DNA from: Mobula hypostoma
Taxonomy: Eukaryota
Direction: 5' to 3'
Assembly: GCF_963921235.1 (NCBI RefSeq)
Contig: NC_086097.1
Coordinates: 4,340,001 to 4,404,000, forward strand
DNA: 64,000 bases
Part shown: positions 61,001-64,000 of the stretch, piece by piece
Layout of the letters: each line of letters begins with the position of its first letter
Position numbering within the stretch: the first letter of the stretch is position 1
Translations under genes and position numbers: made by a program
Notes under the pieces: generated by a model
Database searches by the model: none
What the model was told of the DNA's origin: nothing
Seen by the model: the letters and a program-made list of their open reading frames with translations, nothing else

Positions 61001-64000
61001 ACAGGTCATTCAGATAGAACGTAGACAGTACGTTCTGAACAGGTCTTCAAACTGTTCTATCTGAAACGGTCCTTCTCCCTCTTCTATCTAAACAGGTTCT
61101 TCAGATGGAATGTAGACAGAACAGTCCCTGAACCGGTCCTTTAGATAGAATGTAGACAGTACAGTCCCTGAACAGATTCTTCAGATAAATCATAGACAGT
61201 ACAGCCGCTGAACAGGTCCTTCAGATAGAACGTAGACCGTACAGTTCCTGAACATGTCCTTCAGATAGAACATAGACAGTACAGTCCCTGAACAGGCCCT
61301 TCAGAGATAACTTAGATGGTATGGTCCCTGAACAGGCTCTTCAGATTGAAAAGTAGACAGTACAGACCCTGAGCAGGCCCTTCAGATAGAACATAGACGG
61401 TACAGACCCTGAACAGGTCTTTCAGATAGAACGTAGACAGTACGTTCTGAACAGGTCTTCTACCTGTTCTATCTGAACAGGTCCTTCTCCCTATTCTATC
61501 TAAACAGGTCCTTCAGACAGAATGTAGACAGAACAGTCCCTGAACCAGTCCTTCAGATAGAACGTAGACAGTACAGTCCCTGAACAGATTCTTCAGATAA
61601 ATTGTAGACAGTACAGCACCTGAACAGGTCCTTCAGAAGGAACGTAGACCGTACAGTCCCTGAACAGGTCCTTCAGATAGAACGTAGACAGTACAGGCCC
61701 TGAAAAGTTCCTTCAGGTCAAATTTAGACAGTACAGTCCCTGAACAGGTCCTTCACATAGAATGTAGACAGTGCTATCCTTGTACAGGTCCTTCAGATAG
61801 AACGTAGACAGTACAGACCATGATCATGTCCACCAGTTAGAACACAGACACTACAATCCCTGAACAGGTCCTTCAGATAGAACAAAGACAGTATAGACCC
61901 TGAACAGGCCCTTCAGAGATAACTTAGATGGTACTGTCCCTGAACAGTTTCTTCAGATAGAAGGTAGACAGTACAGACCCTGAAAAGGCCCTTCAGATAG
62001 AACATAGACGGTACGGTCCCTGAATAGGTCCTTCAGATAGAACGTAGACAGTACAGTCCCTGAACAGGTCCTGGTGTTAGAACGTAGACAGTATATCCAC
62101 AGAACAGATCCCGCTGATAGAATATACTTAGTACAGACCCTGTAGAAGACCTTAAGATCGAACGTAGATGGTACAGGCCCTGAACAGGTCATTCAGATAG
62201 AACGTAGACAGTACGTTCTGAAAAGGTCTTCTACCTGTTCTATCTGAACAGGTCCTTCTCCCTGTTCAATCCAAACAGGTCCTTCAGATAGAATATAGAC
62301 AGTACAGTCCCTGAACAGGTCCTTCAGATAGAACGTCGATGGTACGGTCCCTGAACAGGTCGTTCAGAAAAATTGTACTCAGTACAGCCCTGAACAGGTC
62401 CTTCAGATAGAAGGTATTCAGTACAGACCCTGAACAGGTCCTTAAAATAGAACGTAGACGGTACATTCCCTGAACAGGTCATTCAGATAGAACGTAGTCT
62501 GTACGTTCTGAACAGGTCTTCTACCTGTTCTATCTGAACAGGTCCTTCTCCCTGTTCTATCTAAACAGGTCCTTCAGACAGAATGTAGACAGAACAGTCC
62601 CTGAACCAGTCCTTCAGATAGAACGTAGACAGTACAGTCCCTGAACAGATTCTTCAGATAAATCATAGACAGTACAGCACCTGAACAGGTCCTTCAGAAG
62701 GAACATAGCCTGTACAGTCCCTGAACAGGTCCTTCAGATAGAACGTAGACAGTACAGGCCCTGAAAAGTTCCTTCAGATAGAACGTAGACAGTACGTTCT
62801 GAACAGGTCCTTTTCCCTGATCTCTCTAAACAGGTCCTTCAGATATAATGTAGACAGAACAATACCTGAACCGGTCCTTCAGATAGAACGTCGACAGTAC
62901 AGTCCCTGAACAGGTTCTTCACATAGAATGTAGATATTTTAGTCCCTGAATATGTCCTTCTCCTTCACATAGAATGTAGACAGTAAAGGCCCTGAACAGT
63001 TCCTTCAGATAGAACGTAGCCATTTCAGTCCATGAAAAGGTCCTTAAGATAGAAAGTAGATATTTCAGTCCCTGAATAGGCCCTTCAGATAGAACGTAGA
63101 CAGTACAGTCCCTGAACAGGTCCTTCAGATAGAATGTAGACGATACAGTCCTTGAACAGGTCCTTCAGATAGACCATAGACAGTCAGTCCCTGAACAGGT
63201 CCTTAATCTAGAACATGGACCGTAATGTCCCTGAACAGGTCCTTCAGATAGAACGTAGACAGAGTAGAACCTGAAGAGGTCCTTCAGAGAGAACATGGAC
63301 AGTACATCCACTGAACAGGTCCTTAAGATAGATCGTAGGTGGTACAGTCCCTGAACAGGTCATTCAGATAGAACTTAGACAGTACGTTCTGAACAAGTCT
63401 TCTACCTGTTCAATCTGAACAGGTCCTTCTCCCTGTTCTATCTAAACAGGTCCTTCAGATAGAATGCAGACAGAACAGTCCCTGAACTGGTCCTTCAGAT
63501 AGAACGTAGACAGTACAGTCCCTGAACAGGTCCTTCAGATAGAACGTAGTCAGAGTAGAACCTGAAGAGGTCCTTCAGAGAGAACATGGACAGTTCATCC
63601 ACTGAACAGGTCCTTAAGATAGATCGTAGATGGTACAGTATCTGAACAGGTCATTCAGATAGAACTTAGACAGTATGTTCTGAACAGGTCTTCTACCTGT
63701 TCTATCTGAACAAGTCCTTCTCCCTGTTCTATCTAAACAGGTCCTTCAGATAGAATGCAGACAGAACAGTCCCTGAACTGGTCCTTCAGATAGAACGTAG
63801 ACAGTACAGTCCCTGAACAGGTCCTTCAGATAGAACGTAGATAGTACAGTCCCTGAACAGTTTCTTCAGATAGCTCGTACAGAGTACAGTCCCTGAACAG
63901 GTCCTTCAGATAGAACGTAGATGGTACGGTCCCTTAACAGGTTCTTCTGATAGAAGGTAGTCAGTACAGACCCTGAACAGGTCCTTCAGATAGATCGTAG
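46090..64000. repeat. 40-bp satellite array, at least 17.9 kb, consensus AGATAGAACGTAGACAGTACAGTCCCTGAACAGGTCCTTC, with higher-order repeats; runs off the right edge
   Basis: Exact 40-bp periodicity at 46181-46330; recurring variant monomers define about 1.0-kb and 1.4-kb higher-order units. Confidence 0.98.

Noticed and set aside
47435..62466. Minus-strand ORFs in the satellite (LKDLFRDCTVYVLSEGPVQGLYCLRSI)
   Set aside because: Translations of the 40-bp monomer cycling through frames; no evidence of coding.
46090..64000. CRISPR-like regular repeat
   Set aside because: Head-to-tail monomers with no unique spacers, no cas genes, and a vertebrate context.
46090..64000. Hammerhead in the satellite monomer (as in newt satellite 2)
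   Set aside because: Neither strand of the consensus has CTGANGA together with GAAA..NUH.

Overview
Eukaryotic, vertebrate DNA. The repeat content (CR1 and Rex1/Babar LINEs, V-SINE-like and tRNA SINEs, Neptune-type Penelope elements) points to a cartilaginous fish such as a ray or shark; that assignment is inference. A 35-bp satellite occupies 1-2290 and a 40-bp satellite with higher-order structure runs from about 46090 to the window end. Between them lie about 44 kb of densely nested, mostly decayed transposable elements, including one near full-length CR1 LINE. The only host coding sequence I can support is the last exon of a clade A (alpha-1-antitrypsin-like) serpin on the minus strand (42611-42799, predicted P1-P1' Leu-Ser). 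The most striking signal is a set of about a dozen minimal hammerhead ribozyme motifs (CTGANGA...GAAACGTC) in Penelope-derived termini. Many of these insert as short fold-back units with 12-14 bp target-site duplications and a roughly 40-nt tail on one arm only. One is a perfect 132-bp palindrome centred on the ribozyme's helix III. All family assignments come from motif recognition, with no database search, and many element boundaries are approximate.
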